Source: SAR86 cluster bacterium AG-339-G14
Lineage (GTDB): Bacteria > Pseudomonadota > Gammaproteobacteria > Magnimaribacterales > AG-339-G14
DNA: 64,000 nt
Assembly (NCBI GenBank): GCA_003282105.1
Contig: QCAB01000002.1
Coordinates: 7,119-71,118, forward strand
Direction: 5' to 3'
This document shows positions 20,854 to 29,693 of the stretch, in pieces. The notes under the pieces were generated by a model. That model did not search any database and was not told the origin of the DNA. It saw nothing but the letters and a program-made list of their open reading frames with translations. Position numbers and translations under genes: made by a program. Within the stretch, counting starts at the first letter, position 1; the number at the start of each line of letters is the position of its first letter.

Positions 20854-21930
20854 ATGAGTAAAAGAGATTACTATGAGGTGCTAGGGGTAGATAGATCTGC
20901 CACAAAGGAACATTTAAAAAAATCCTATAGAAAGTTAGCCATGAAATATCACCCAGATAGAAATCAGGGCGATGAAAAGGCAGACGAAAAATTTAAAGAA
21001 CTTTCCGAAGCATATGAAATATTGTCAGATGATCAAAAAAGACAAGCTTATGACCAATTTGGTCATCAAGGTGTAAATTCTTCTTTTAATAATGCCCAAA
21101 GTGCTGCTGAAGGTTTCAGCGATATATTTGGAGATATCTTTTCGGATATTTTTGGAGGAAGTGCAAGTAGAGGTTCCAGGAATAGGAGAGGTTCAGATTT
21201 AAGTTACAGTTTAGAAGTTTCTTTGGAAGATGCTGTGGCTGGTAAAAAGATTAACTTGGATATCCCTTCTACGCAAAGATGTGATGGACACTGGCAGGTT
21301 TGTAGCCACTGTCAAGGCCAAGGAGTAATTAGAGCACAGCAAGGTTTTTTCTCAATGCAACAAACCTGTCCTCACTGCCAAGGCGAGGGAGAAATCCATG
21401 ATCCATCTTGTAATAAGTGTGGTGGATCGGGTTATATAAAAGAAAACAAGACTTTGTCAGTCAACATTCCTCAAGGAGTTGATACTGGAGATAGAATTAG
21501 ATTGTCCGGAGAAGGAGATTCTGGAAAGAGTGGAAATGGAGATCTTTACATTGAAATTAATGTAAAAAGCCACGAAATTTTTGAAAGAGATGGAAAGCAC
21601 TTATATTGTGAAGTTCCTATAGACTTTGTTGATGCATCTTTAGGAGCTGAAATTGAAGTCCCTACCTTGGAGGGCAAAGTTAAATTTAAGATTCCTGAGG
21701 GAACACAAAGTCATAAGCTATTTAGATTAAATGGTAAGGGCATAAAACCTTTAAGAGGTGGTTCAAAAGGAGATATACTCGTTCGTGTGTTGGTTGAAGT
21801 GCCAATCAAGTTAAATTCAGATCAGAAAAACTTGCTTGAACAATTCAAAAAATCTATTTCAAAAAATGATAATCAACCCTTGACTGAGAAATGGTACAAA
21901 AGTGCTAAAAATTTTTTAAGAGGCCTTTAG
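20854..21930 (+). CDS. dnaJ: Co-chaperone DnaJ (first zinc-finger repeat degenerate)
   Basis: J domain with HPD (KYHPDRN), a G/F region, CxxCxGxG repeats 2-4 and a C-terminal substrate-binding domain; 358 aa. Confidence 0.93.
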   Translation: MSKRDYYEVLGVDRSATKEHLKKSYRKLAMKYHPDRNQGDEKADEKFKELSEAYEILSDDQKRQAYDQFGHQGVNSSFNNAQSAAEGFSDIFGDIFSDIFGGSASRGSRNRRGSDLSYSLEVSLEDAVAGKKINLDIPSTQRCDGHWQVCSHCQGQGVIRAQQGFFSMQQTCPHCQGEGEIHDPSCNKCGGSGYIKENKTLSVNIPQGVDTGDRIRLSGEGDSGKSGNGDLYIEINVKSHEIFERDGKHLYCEVPIDFVDASLGAEIEVPTLEGKVKFKIPEGTQSHKLFRLNGKGIKPLRGGSKGDILVRVLVEVPIKLNSDQKNLLEQFKKSISKNDNQPLTEKWYKSAKNFLRGL

Positions 21931-22659
21931 ATGAGTATAGACTTAGTATTATGCGGCGCCACTGGGAGATTAGGAAAAGAAATATTAATTGAAGTTGGAA
22001 AGCAAAGTAACATTAACCTAATAGGTTGTGTTGCTTCAAAAAATAATAAAAATTTTGGCAAAAAAATAGCGACCTTTATTGAATCGAATTGTGAGTTAGA
22101 ATTGAAAGATTCTTTTGAAGAAATTTCAAAACCGGATGTAGTAATAGATGTTTCTTCTCCTGAAGCATTTGAAGATATTGTAAAATTTTCTGAACTCAAT
22201 AAATCTGCATTGATCATCGCCTCCACTGGGCATTCAAATGAGCAAATAGAGTCTTTGAAACGACTCTCAAATTCTATACCTATTATGATGGTTCCAAACT
22301 TAAGCAGGGGAATTAATTTTATTAAGAAACTTTTATCCGATAATGAGTTAAGTGTTTTTTCAAAAAAAGTCAAAATAAATGAAATTCATCACAAAAATAA
22401 AAAAGATTCTCCATCTGGTACTGCACTTGAATTAGAAAAAATTATTGAAGAAAAAAATAAAGAAATAGAAATCTCTATTAATTCAACGAGAGATGAGAGT
22501 TCAGTAGGAGTTCATTCAATAAAAATTATTATGGAAAATGAATCTATAGAATTGAAGCATGAAGCTAAATCAAGAGATATTTTTGCTCAAGGAGCCATTT
22601 CCGCTATCAATTGGATTGCAGGTAAAACGCCTGGGATATATTCACTTTCAGATTTATAA
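21931..22659 (+). CDS. dapB: 4-hydroxy-tetrahydrodipicolinate reductase
   Basis: N-terminal GATGRLG nucleotide fold and EIHHKNKKDSPSGTALEL (E. coli EAHHRHKVDAPSGTAL). Starts the base after the dnaJ stop. Confidence 0.88.
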   Translation: MSIDLVLCGATGRLGKEILIEVGKQSNINLIGCVASKNNKNFGKKIATFIESNCELELKDSFEEISKPDVVIDVSSPEAFEDIVKFSELNKSALIIASTGHSNEQIESLKRLSNSIPIMMVPNLSRGINFIKKLLSDNELSVFSKKVKINEIHHKNKKDSPSGTALELEKIIEEKNKEIEISINSTRDESSVGVHSIKIIMENESIELKHEAKSRDIFAQGAISAINWIAGKTPGIYSLSDL

Positions 22660-22684
22660 ATTTTTCTTTCTCGATTTAAACATT

Positions 22685-22838
22685 TGTGTTTAAATCCCCA
22701 TCGAATTTTAAAAAAAATTCAATTCGCACTTGAGTTAAATAAATATTTGGGTGCTAGGTTTAGCTCAAATCTAGTTTGATATTTTGGCTCAGGGAAGTTT
22801 AACCCAAGCCTCAGGGCTTACATTACAAAGGAGCGGAA
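22685..22838 (+). promoter_or_regulatory. Candidate extended -10 promoter and structured 5' leader of rpsB-tsf (S2 autoregulatory leader analogue)
   Basis: This is the largest spacer in the window (179 nt). TGTGtTTAAAT (22685-22695) resembles the E. coli rpsB extended -10. Two alternative hairpins share the arm 22803-22810: GGCTCAGGG (22786-22794)/CCCAAGCC (22803-22810) versus AAGCC (22806-22810)/GGCTT (22815-22819). They lie just 5' of the SD AAGGAG. Confidence 0.4.
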
Positions 22839-23714
22839 ATGGATATTTCCATAGAACAAATGCTTAAAGCCGGAGTGCACTTCGGACACCAAACAAGGTT
22901 TTGGAATCCAAAAATGGATAATTATATTTTTGGCTCACGAAACAAAGTTCACATAATAAATTTAGAAAAGACTTTAGAGCTTCTAAAGCCTTCAATTGAT
23001 TTTTGCAGTCAGTTAGCCGCATCAAATAATAGAATTCTTTTTGTGGGGACTAAACGATCAGCAAGTAGGGTCATAAAAGAAGAAGCAGAAAGATGCAATA
23101 TGCCTTATGTAAATTATCGTTGGCTTGGGGGAATGCTCACCAATTATAAAACTGTCAGAGCTTCAATAAGAAGGTTAGAAATTTTGAAAACCCAGGAAGA
23201 GGAAGGTAAGTTTGATCCTTTGACTAAGAAGGAAGTATTGGGTATTAAAAGAGAAATGGATAAGTTAGAAAGATCTATTGGCGGAATAAAAAATATGGGA
23301 GGTTTGCCAGAAGCCTTATTTGTGGTTGATGTAAAAAATGAAAAAATCGCTGTCTCAGAAGCTCGAAAGATGGGCATACCTATCATTGGTATAGTTGATA
23401 CAAATTCTGATCCTGATAGCGTAGATTACGTTATCCCAGGAAATGACGATGCGATTCGATCTGTTTCTTTATTAACAAGAATAATCTCTAATGCTTGCCT
23501 TGAAGGGGCCTCAAAAGCTACTGGCATTGTTTCCGGAGATGGACCTGTGATTGTTAGAAAGGGTGAAGAAAATAAAAAAACAGTTACCAAAGAAGAGAAA
23601 AAATCTGTTTCACCTAAGAATGTTGAAAAAGAACTAAATATGGATCCTCCTGAGTCTTTAGATACTCAAGAAGAAAGTAAAGAGAACATAGACGAAAGTA
23701 AAACTTCAGAATAG
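22839..23714 (+). CDS. rpsB: 30S ribosomal protein S2 with a roughly 50-aa K/E-rich C-terminal extension
   Basis: [19 protein letters not shown] and [32 protein letters not shown]; 291 aa versus 241 aa in E. coli. Confidence 0.95.
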   Translation: MDISIEQMLKAGVHFGHQTRFWNPKMDNYIFGSRNKVHIINLEKTLELLKPSIDFCSQLAASNNRILFVGTKRSASRVIKEEAERCNMPYVNYRWLGGMLTNYKTVRASIRRLEILKTQEEEGKFDPLTKKEVLGIKREMDKLERSIGGIKNMGGLPEALFVVDVKNEKIAVSEARKMGIPIIGIVDTNSDPDSVDYVIPGNDDAIRSVSLLTRIISNACLEGASKATGIVSGDGPVIVRKGEENKKTVTKEEKKSVSPKNVEKELNMDPPESLDTQEESKENIDESKTSE

Positions 23715-23734
23715 AAAGTTTATTGAGGTTAGTT

Positions 23735-24592
23735 ATGACAATTAAAGCAAGCGAAGTTAAATTACTAAGAGAAAAAACTGGTTTAGGTATGATGGAATGT
23801 AAAAATGCTCTTGTCGAATCAAAAGGAGATATAGAATTAGCAATTACCAATTTAAGAAAAAATAGTGCTCTTAAAGCTGAAAAAAAATCTTCTAGAACCG
23901 CTGCCGAGGGACGCATTATCTCCAAAATAGACTCTTCTGAAAATTTGGCTGTTATTTTGGAAGTAAATTGTGAAACCGACTTTGTCGCGAAGGATGATAG
24001 CTTTATTGAATTCTGCGAAGAGGCATTAGATTCTTGCCTACAAAATCCAGATTCTTCTTTAGCCCAACTTTCCGAAGAAAAATTAGAAGAAAAGAGACAG
24101 GCTTTAATTCAAAAAATTGGAGAAAATATTGTCGTTAGAAGAAGAGAAATAATTAAATCTGATAATTTATATTCTTACGTTCATGGAAACAATAAAATCG
24201 GGTCTATAGTATCTATTGATCAAGAAAATAAAAACACTGGAGAGGATATTGCTATGCATATAGCCGCTTCATCTCCCTTGGTAATCGATCCTAATGATTT
24301 AGATGAAACTTTAGTATCCAAAGAAGAAGAAATAATAAAAGCACAGGTTGCGGATTCTGATAAACCAGAGAATATAGTTGAAAAAATGGTTATGGGAAGA
24401 TTGGAAAAGTTTAAATCAGAGGTCTCCCTTTTAAATCAACCCTTTGTAAAAGATCCTTCAAAAAATATTAAAACTTTACTTGAAGAACAAAATTTAAACG
24501 TTTTAAATTTTCATAGATACGAATTGGGCGAAGGAATAGAAGTTAATAAAATTGATTTTGCGGAAGAAGTAAAGTCTCAGCTCGAAAATTAA
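23735..24592 (+). CDS. tsf: Elongation factor Ts
   Basis: MTIKASEVKLLREKTGLGMMECKNAL (E. coli [27 protein letters not shown]). ATG at 23735 is preceded by GAGGT. The ORF-track TTG at 23723 is rejected. Confidence 0.94.
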   Translation: MTIKASEVKLLREKTGLGMMECKNALVESKGDIELAITNLRKNSALKAEKKSSRTAAEGRIISKIDSSENLAVILEVNCETDFVAKDDSFIEFCEEALDSCLQNPDSSLAQLSEEKLEEKRQALIQKIGENIVVRRREIIKSDNLYSYVHGNNKIGSIVSIDQENKNTGEDIAMHIAASSPLVIDPNDLDETLVSKEEEIIKAQVADSDKPENIVEKMVMGRLEKFKSEVSLLNQPFVKDPSKNIKTLLEEQNLNVLNFHRYELGEGIEVNKIDFAEEVKSQLEN

Positions 24593-24594
24593 AA

Positions 24595-25320
24595 ATGACC
24601 GATTCCAGAAGAGTTCTCTTAAAAGTTAGCGGAGAATGGTTTTCTGGAGCCAAGGAAAAAGGATTTGACGAAAAGACGTTTGCTAGCCTCACAGAGTCTT
24701 TGATCGAAGCCAAGAATCAAAACATTCAAATTGCTTTAGTTCTCGGGGGAGGAAATATTTATAGAGGGAGAGAATTGGTCTCACTCAATATTGATCAGGT
24801 TTCAGCAGATTATATTGGAATGCTTTCGACAATAATGAATGGAATTGCTTTGTCGAATTTCTTAACTTCTAAAAATTGCGATAACAGCCTATTTTCTTCA
24901 TTTGCAATTGGTAATTTCATAAAAGCCTATAGCAAAGAAGATGCTGAAAAATCTTTGTTATCAAACAAAATAGTAATTTTAGTTGGTGGCCTTGGCAATC
25001 CGCTTTTTACTACTGACTCTACGGCAAGCGTAAGGGCGGTAGAATTAAAATCAGATGTAATGTTAAAAGCTACTAATGTTGATGGTATTTACTCAGATGA
25101 TCCAAAAAAAAATAAAAATGCCCAGAAATTTGATTACATAACCTTTGATGAAGCAATTCAAAAGAATTTAAAAGTTATGGATCAAACTTCTTTATGTTTT
25201 TGTCGTGATAACAATTTAGATGTGAGAGTTTTCAACGCTAATTCGAACGGCGCATTATTGGAAGCGCTAATCAATAAAAAAACTGATTTAGGCACTTTAG
25301 TAAAAGTTAAAAATGATTGA
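24595..25320 (+). CDS. pyrH: UMP kinase
   Basis: RVLLKVSGE, VLGGGNIYRG, and position between tsf and frr. Confidence 0.92.
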   Translation: MTDSRRVLLKVSGEWFSGAKEKGFDEKTFASLTESLIEAKNQNIQIALVLGGGNIYRGRELVSLNIDQVSADYIGMLSTIMNGIALSNFLTSKNCDNSLFSSFAIGNFIKAYSKEDAEKSLLSNKIVILVGGLGNPLFTTDSTASVRAVELKSDVMLKATNVDGIYSDDPKKNKNAQKFDYITFDEAIQKNLKVMDQTSLCFCRDNNLDVRVFNANSNGALLEALINKKTDLGTLVKVKND

Positions 25321-25870
25321 AGATATCCAACTAGACGCCAAAGAAGGCATGGCCAAAACTCTTGAAGCTCTTGAATCTTCTTTTAAAAGATTAAGGACTG
25401 GTAGGGCAAATATTTCTCTCCTCGATTCCATAGAAATTGACTATTATGGAAACAAAACACCTCTTAACCAAGTTTCAAATATCTCTATAGAGGATGCTAA
25501 GACCCTGGCAATCGTTCCTTGGGAAAAAGATAATGTTCCTTTGATAGAAAAGTCTATTCAACAATCAGATTTAGGACTGCAGCCAATCACCTCAGGAGAG
25601 ACAATAAGAGTTATTCTTCCGGATCTTACGGAGGAAACCAGAAGAGACTTGATTAAGGTTGCTAAGGCTGAAGCCGAAAATTCTAAAGTATCGATTAGGA
25701 ACCAAAGACGAGATGCCAATGGTTTGTTAAAAGAGTATCTGAATGAAAAAGAGATTTCCGAAGATGATTTGAAAAGAGGCGAAGTATTAATTCAAGAAGT
25801 AACTGATCAATTTGTAGAAAGTGTAGACAATTTGCTCAAGGAAAAAGAAAAAGACTTGCTAGAGATTTAA
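25313..25870 (+). CDS. frr: Ribosome recycling factor
   Basis: MIEDIQLDAKEGMAKTLEAL...RTGRANISLLD; 185 aa; overlaps pyrH by 8 nt. Confidence 0.94.
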   Translation: MIEDIQLDAKEGMAKTLEALESSFKRLRTGRANISLLDSIEIDYYGNKTPLNQVSNISIEDAKTLAIVPWEKDNVPLIEKSIQQSDLGLQPITSGETIRVILPDLTEETRRDLIKVAKAEAENSKVSIRNQRRDANGLLKEYLNEKEISEDDLKRGEVLIQEVTDQFVESVDNLLKEKEKDLLEI

Positions 25871-25872
25871 AA

Positions 25873-26580
25873 ATGAGTGATGCCCCATCTCACGTTGCGA
25901 TCATCATGGATGGAAATTCTAGGTGGGCAAAAAAAAATAAACTAACAAAAAAAGAAGGGCATAGAGCAGGTGTTAAAGCTGCGAAAAATATAATTGAGTA
26001 CGCTGCAAAGAAACATTTAGATCATTTAACCCTTTTTGCATTCAGTACAGAAAATTGGGGAAGATCCAAATTTGAAGTAAATTCCATCATGGATCTTTTT
26101 GTTGAAGCATTAAGAGAAGAAACGCCGGAGCTTATAAAGAATTCAGTTAAAGTGAATTTTATAGGAGATGTATCGAAATTAAATAAAATAATAATCAAAA
26201 AAATTATCGAAACAAAAGGGCTCACAAGCAACTACCAACCAAAATTAAATCTTAACATTGCAATAAGTTACGGGGGAAAATGGGACATAGTTAATGCCGT
26301 AAAAAAAATTCATGAAGAAATCTTAGAAAGAAAAATAAAAATCAATCAGTTAGATGAAAAGCTATTTTCTTTATATCTCGACACCTCAAAAATTCCGGAT
26401 CCAGATTTAATCATAAGAACTGGTAATGAGAAAAGGCTGAGTAATTTTTTAATTTGGCAAGCCGCTTACTCTGAATTAGTTTTTAGCAAAAAATTATGGC
26501 CCGATTTCAATAACGATGATTTACGAAGGGCTTTAAATCAATTTAAAGAAAGAAAGCGAAATTTTGGAAAGAGGAAATAA
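25873..26580 (+). CDS. uppS: Undecaprenyl diphosphate synthase
   Basis: HVAIIMDGNSRWAKK, TLFAFSTENWGRS and IRTGNEKRLSNFLIWQAAYSEL. Confidence 0.94.
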   Translation: MSDAPSHVAIIMDGNSRWAKKNKLTKKEGHRAGVKAAKNIIEYAAKKHLDHLTLFAFSTENWGRSKFEVNSIMDLFVEALREETPELIKNSVKVNFIGDVSKLNKIIIKKIIETKGLTSNYQPKLNLNIAISYGGKWDIVNAVKKIHEEILERKIKINQLDEKLFSLYLDTSKIPDPDLIIRTGNEKRLSNFLIWQAAYSELVFSKKLWPDFNNDDLRRALNQFKERKRNFGKRK

Positions 26581-26583
26581 TCC

Positions 26584-27210
26584 ATGTTCGTAAGGGAGTT
26601 AACCGGAATTGCCTTGGCTGTTGCTTCGACATTCCTTATCTTTTTTTCAGATAAATTTTTTTTTAATATTTTTTTTATTTTAATTTTATTTTTCTTACTT
26701 TTTGAACTTCTTAAAATAACTAAATACTTCAATTTCTTTTTTTGGATTCAGATATTTCTAATATTTAGTTCTATATTATTTCTCCCAACATATGAAATTT
26801 ATAGAGAGTTGTTCTTCGTTGCAATTCTAATTGCTGTTTTAACTGATTCAATCGCATATTACTCAGGTAAGAAATTAGGAAAAATTAAAATATTTCCAAA
26901 AACTAGTCCAAATAAAACCTTAGAAGGTTTAATTTGTGGAAATCTCATTACCACTCTTTTGTTAACCTTTATTATAGTTTCTAGACCAACTTTTTTTGAT
27001 TTAAACTATCTTTTGTTAATTTTGATTGTATGGGTATCTTCCCTAGCAGCAATTCTTGGTGATTATTTACAAAGTAGATTTAAACGAATTCAAAATATAA
27101 AGGATTCAGGAAAAATTTTACCAGGACATGGCGGCATATCAGATAGGTTAGATAGCCATTTGACTACTTTGCCAGTATTCTTTGGATTGCTTGAATTTTT
27201 TAAATTATGA
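26584..27210 (+). CDS. cdsA: Phosphatidate cytidylyltransferase (short form, 208 aa)
   Basis: CDS signature SRFKRIQNIKDSGKILPGHGGISDRLDSHL. Very F/L/I-rich membrane protein. Syntenic position uppS-cdsA-dxr. Confidence 0.88.
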   Translation: MFVRELTGIALAVASTFLIFFSDKFFFNIFFILILFFLLFELLKITKYFNFFFWIQIFLIFSSILFLPTYEIYRELFFVAILIAVLTDSIAYYSGKKLGKIKIFPKTSPNKTLEGLICGNLITTLLLTFIIVSRPTFFDLNYLLLILIVWVSSLAAILGDYLQSRFKRIQNIKDSGKILPGHGGISDRLDSHLTTLPVFFGLLEFFKL

Positions 27211-28355
27211 AAAAAAATGTTTTAATTTTAGGATCTACTGGGTCAATCGGAAAATCAACTTTGGAAGTTATTGATAATAACGACAATTTTAATGTCGTTT
27301 CTTTAGTTGCAAAAAACCAAAAAGACCTCCTTCTTGAACAAGCTAATAAATTCAATGCTTCTAACGTTTATCTTTCAAACGAAAGTTTTTCAAGCGCAGA
27401 ACAAAGTAAACATCTTAATCTTAATTTATTTAAAGATTTAGATGCATTGATTGATGACAAAGATATAGAAATAGTCGTTGCTGCCATTTCGGGATTGATT
27501 GGAGTTGACTCAATCTTAAAGGCAATCCAAGCAGGTAAAAAAATATTAATTGCTAATAAAGAGCCCATCGTTGTAGCAGGAAAAATCTTAATGTCGGAAG
27601 CAAAAAAATCTGGAGCAGAGATTATTCCAATCGATTCAGAACATTGCGCAATTCATCAATGTTTAAGCAAACTTGAGAAAAAAGACATTAAATCAATTAC
27701 TTTAACCTGCTCAGGCGGACCCTTTTGGGGTCAATCAAGAAATGACCTAGATAAAATTTCTTACAAAGAAGCAAAAAAACACCCTGTTTGGAACATGGGA
27801 GAAAAAAATCTTATTGATTCAGCAACGCTTATGAACAAAGCCTTAGAAATAATAGAAGCAAGGTGGTTATTTGATATAAACCCAGAAAAAATTAAAGTAT
27901 TGATTCATCCTCAAAGCATAATCCATGGAATAGTAGAAAATATTGACGGCTCATCTTTAGCTTCGATGTCTGCACCTGATATGAAAATCTGTATCGCTTA
28001 TGGGCTAGGTTATCCAGATAAAATAGACTCAAGTGCTAAATTTTTAAATTTACTTGAACAAGAAAAACTAGAATTTTTTGATCCGAAAGATACTGATTTT
28101 CCATCTTTGGAGTTTGCTTATAGATCGCTAGAGGGAGACGATACTATTCCAGCTGCTATGAATGCTGCGAATGAAATAGCCGTTAGTTATTTCCTTAATA
28201 ATAAAGTTAAGTTCAATTCAATTTTTGATTCTGTAGACTATACTATGGACATATTTGAAGGTAGGCCTTCTCAATATGATTTAAATTTACAAGATCTTTT
28301 GGAGGTAGACAAAGAAGCAAAAAAGATTGCTACAGATTTTCTAAGCAAATCATGA
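27207..28355 (+). CDS. dxr: 1-deoxy-D-xylulose 5-phosphate reductoisomerase
   Basis: ILGSTGSIGKSTLEVI, ANKE, PIDSEH and NAANE motifs. ATGA overlap with cdsA. Confidence 0.94.
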   Translation: MKKNVLILGSTGSIGKSTLEVIDNNDNFNVVSLVAKNQKDLLLEQANKFNASNVYLSNESFSSAEQSKHLNLNLFKDLDALIDDKDIEIVVAAISGLIGVDSILKAIQAGKKILIANKEPIVVAGKILMSEAKKSGAEIIPIDSEHCAIHQCLSKLEKKDIKSITLTCSGGPFWGQSRNDLDKISYKEAKKHPVWNMGEKNLIDSATLMNKALEIIEARWLFDINPEKIKVLIHPQSIIHGIVENIDGSSLASMSAPDMKICIAYGLGYPDKIDSSAKFLNLLEQEKLEFFDPKDTDFPSLEFAYRSLEGDDTIPAAMNAANEIAVSYFLNNKVKFNSIFDSVDYTMDIFEGRPSQYDLNLQDLLEVDKEAKKIATDFLSKS

Positions 28356-29689
28356 TTGAAATATTTTCATACATCTTAGGTTTTTTAACATTAATCTTGG
28401 TCATTACCGCAATTCATGAAGCCGGCCATTTTTATGTTGCTAGATTTTTCAATGTAAAAATTCTTGATTTTTCAATCGGAATGGGAAGGTCTATAAAAAA
28501 TTATATTGGTAAGGACGGCACATCTTATAACTTAAGACTTTTTCCTATCGGTGGATACGTAAAAATGCTTGGAGAAGATGTCATGGAAAAAAATTCGAAA
28601 GATATAGATGATTCTTTTGCCTCAAAAAAATATTATCAAAAGGTATTGATTCTTTTTGCAGGGCCCTTTGCTAATTTTTTATTGGCTGTCTTTTTATTCA
28701 CAATTTTAAATTTGATAGGGTCAACAGTTCTCTCATCTCAAGTTGGATACGTTTTGCCAGAAAGCGCTGCAAGCAAGGCAAATATTATTGAAGGCGATTT
28801 AATTATTGAGATAGATGATAAAAATATCTCCTCGAGAGCTGACGCTCAAATGGCATTGTCAAGAAGACTAGGAGAGTCAGGAGAAATAAAATTTAAACTT
28901 AACTCAAATGGATCCACAAAAGAAACAAAAATTGATGTTGAAGATTGGTTAATAGGTGAGGAGCCAAAAGACCTCCTTTCAAATTTAGGTATTGGAATTC
29001 CAGTAAGCTCAGAAATAGGCACGATTTTAGAGAACAGCCCTGCAAATAAAGCAGGCCTCATTTCTGGAGATAAAGTTTTGGAAATCGAGGCTCAAGAAAT
29101 TTCAAGTTGGGGGCAAATTAAAGATGTTGTAGATAAGTCGCTAGGTATGCCGTTAAAAATAAAAATCTTAAGAGATAACGAAGAAATATTTTTTCAAGTA
29201 ACTCCAACTTTTTCTGACTCTAGATGGGTCTTAGGCATCACTTCAGCTAACAAATATTCAGAGAGTTCTTATGTTTATAAGTCCTACTCTCCACTAAATG
29301 CTTTTACAAATGCTTTGGAAAAAACATATTCTACTATAGTTGATTCTTTTATTTTTCTATACAAAATGATAGGAGGTTATGTTTCTCCAAAAAATCTTGG
29401 CGGCCCTGTCATGATAGGTCAGGTTGCAGGAGAATCTTTAATTTATGGAGGATTTTATTCCTTTCTATTGCTTATGAGTTTTGTAAGCATTGGATTAGGA
29501 GTAATAAATTTAGTGCCAATTCCAATTCTAGATGGAGGCCAAATTTGTTTGTTGACATTAGAGAGATTAAAAGGGTCTCCAATTTCACCTAGGACGTTAG
29601 ATTTTGTTTATAGAGTAGGACTCTCTATGGTTATTTTTTTGATGATATTTGTTTTCATCAATGACTTATCAAGGCTTTCTGTACTTTAA
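28352..29689 (+). CDS. rseP: RIP site-2 zinc metalloprotease RseP
   Basis: HEAGHFYVARF (HExxH) in the first TM segment, PDZ region and C-terminal NLVPIPILDGG. ATGA overlap with dxr. Confidence 0.93.
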   Translation: MIEIFSYILGFLTLILVITAIHEAGHFYVARFFNVKILDFSIGMGRSIKNYIGKDGTSYNLRLFPIGGYVKMLGEDVMEKNSKDIDDSFASKKYYQKVLILFAGPFANFLLAVFLFTILNLIGSTVLSSQVGYVLPESAASKANIIEGDLIIEIDDKNISSRADAQMALSRRLGESGEIKFKLNSNGSTKETKIDVEDWLIGEEPKDLLSNLGIGIPVSSEIGTILENSPANKAGLISGDKVLEIEAQEISSWGQIKDVVDKSLGMPLKIKILRDNEEIFFQVTPTFSDSRWVLGITSANKYSESSYVYKSYSPLNAFTNALEKTYSTIVDSFIFLYKMIGGYVSPKNLGGPVMIGQVAGESLIYGGFYSFLLLMSFVSIGLGVINLVPIPILDGGQICLLTLERLKGSPISPRTLDFVYRVGLSMVIFLMIFVFINDLSRLSVL

Positions 29690-29693
29690 GAAA

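Noticed and set aside
21927-22373. 148-codon minus-strand ORF opposite dapB.
   Set aside because: The plus strand carries the DapB motifs (GATGRLG, EIHHKNKKDSPSGTALEL) and continues the dnaJ operon. The antisense product has no recognisable features.
26620-26730. Long T-rich low-complexity tract that looks like a simple repeat or non-coding spacer.
   Set aside because: It is in frame within cdsA and encodes a Phe/Leu/Ile-rich transmembrane segment (FFSDKFFFNIFFILILFFLLFELL). This is compositional bias, not a repeat element.
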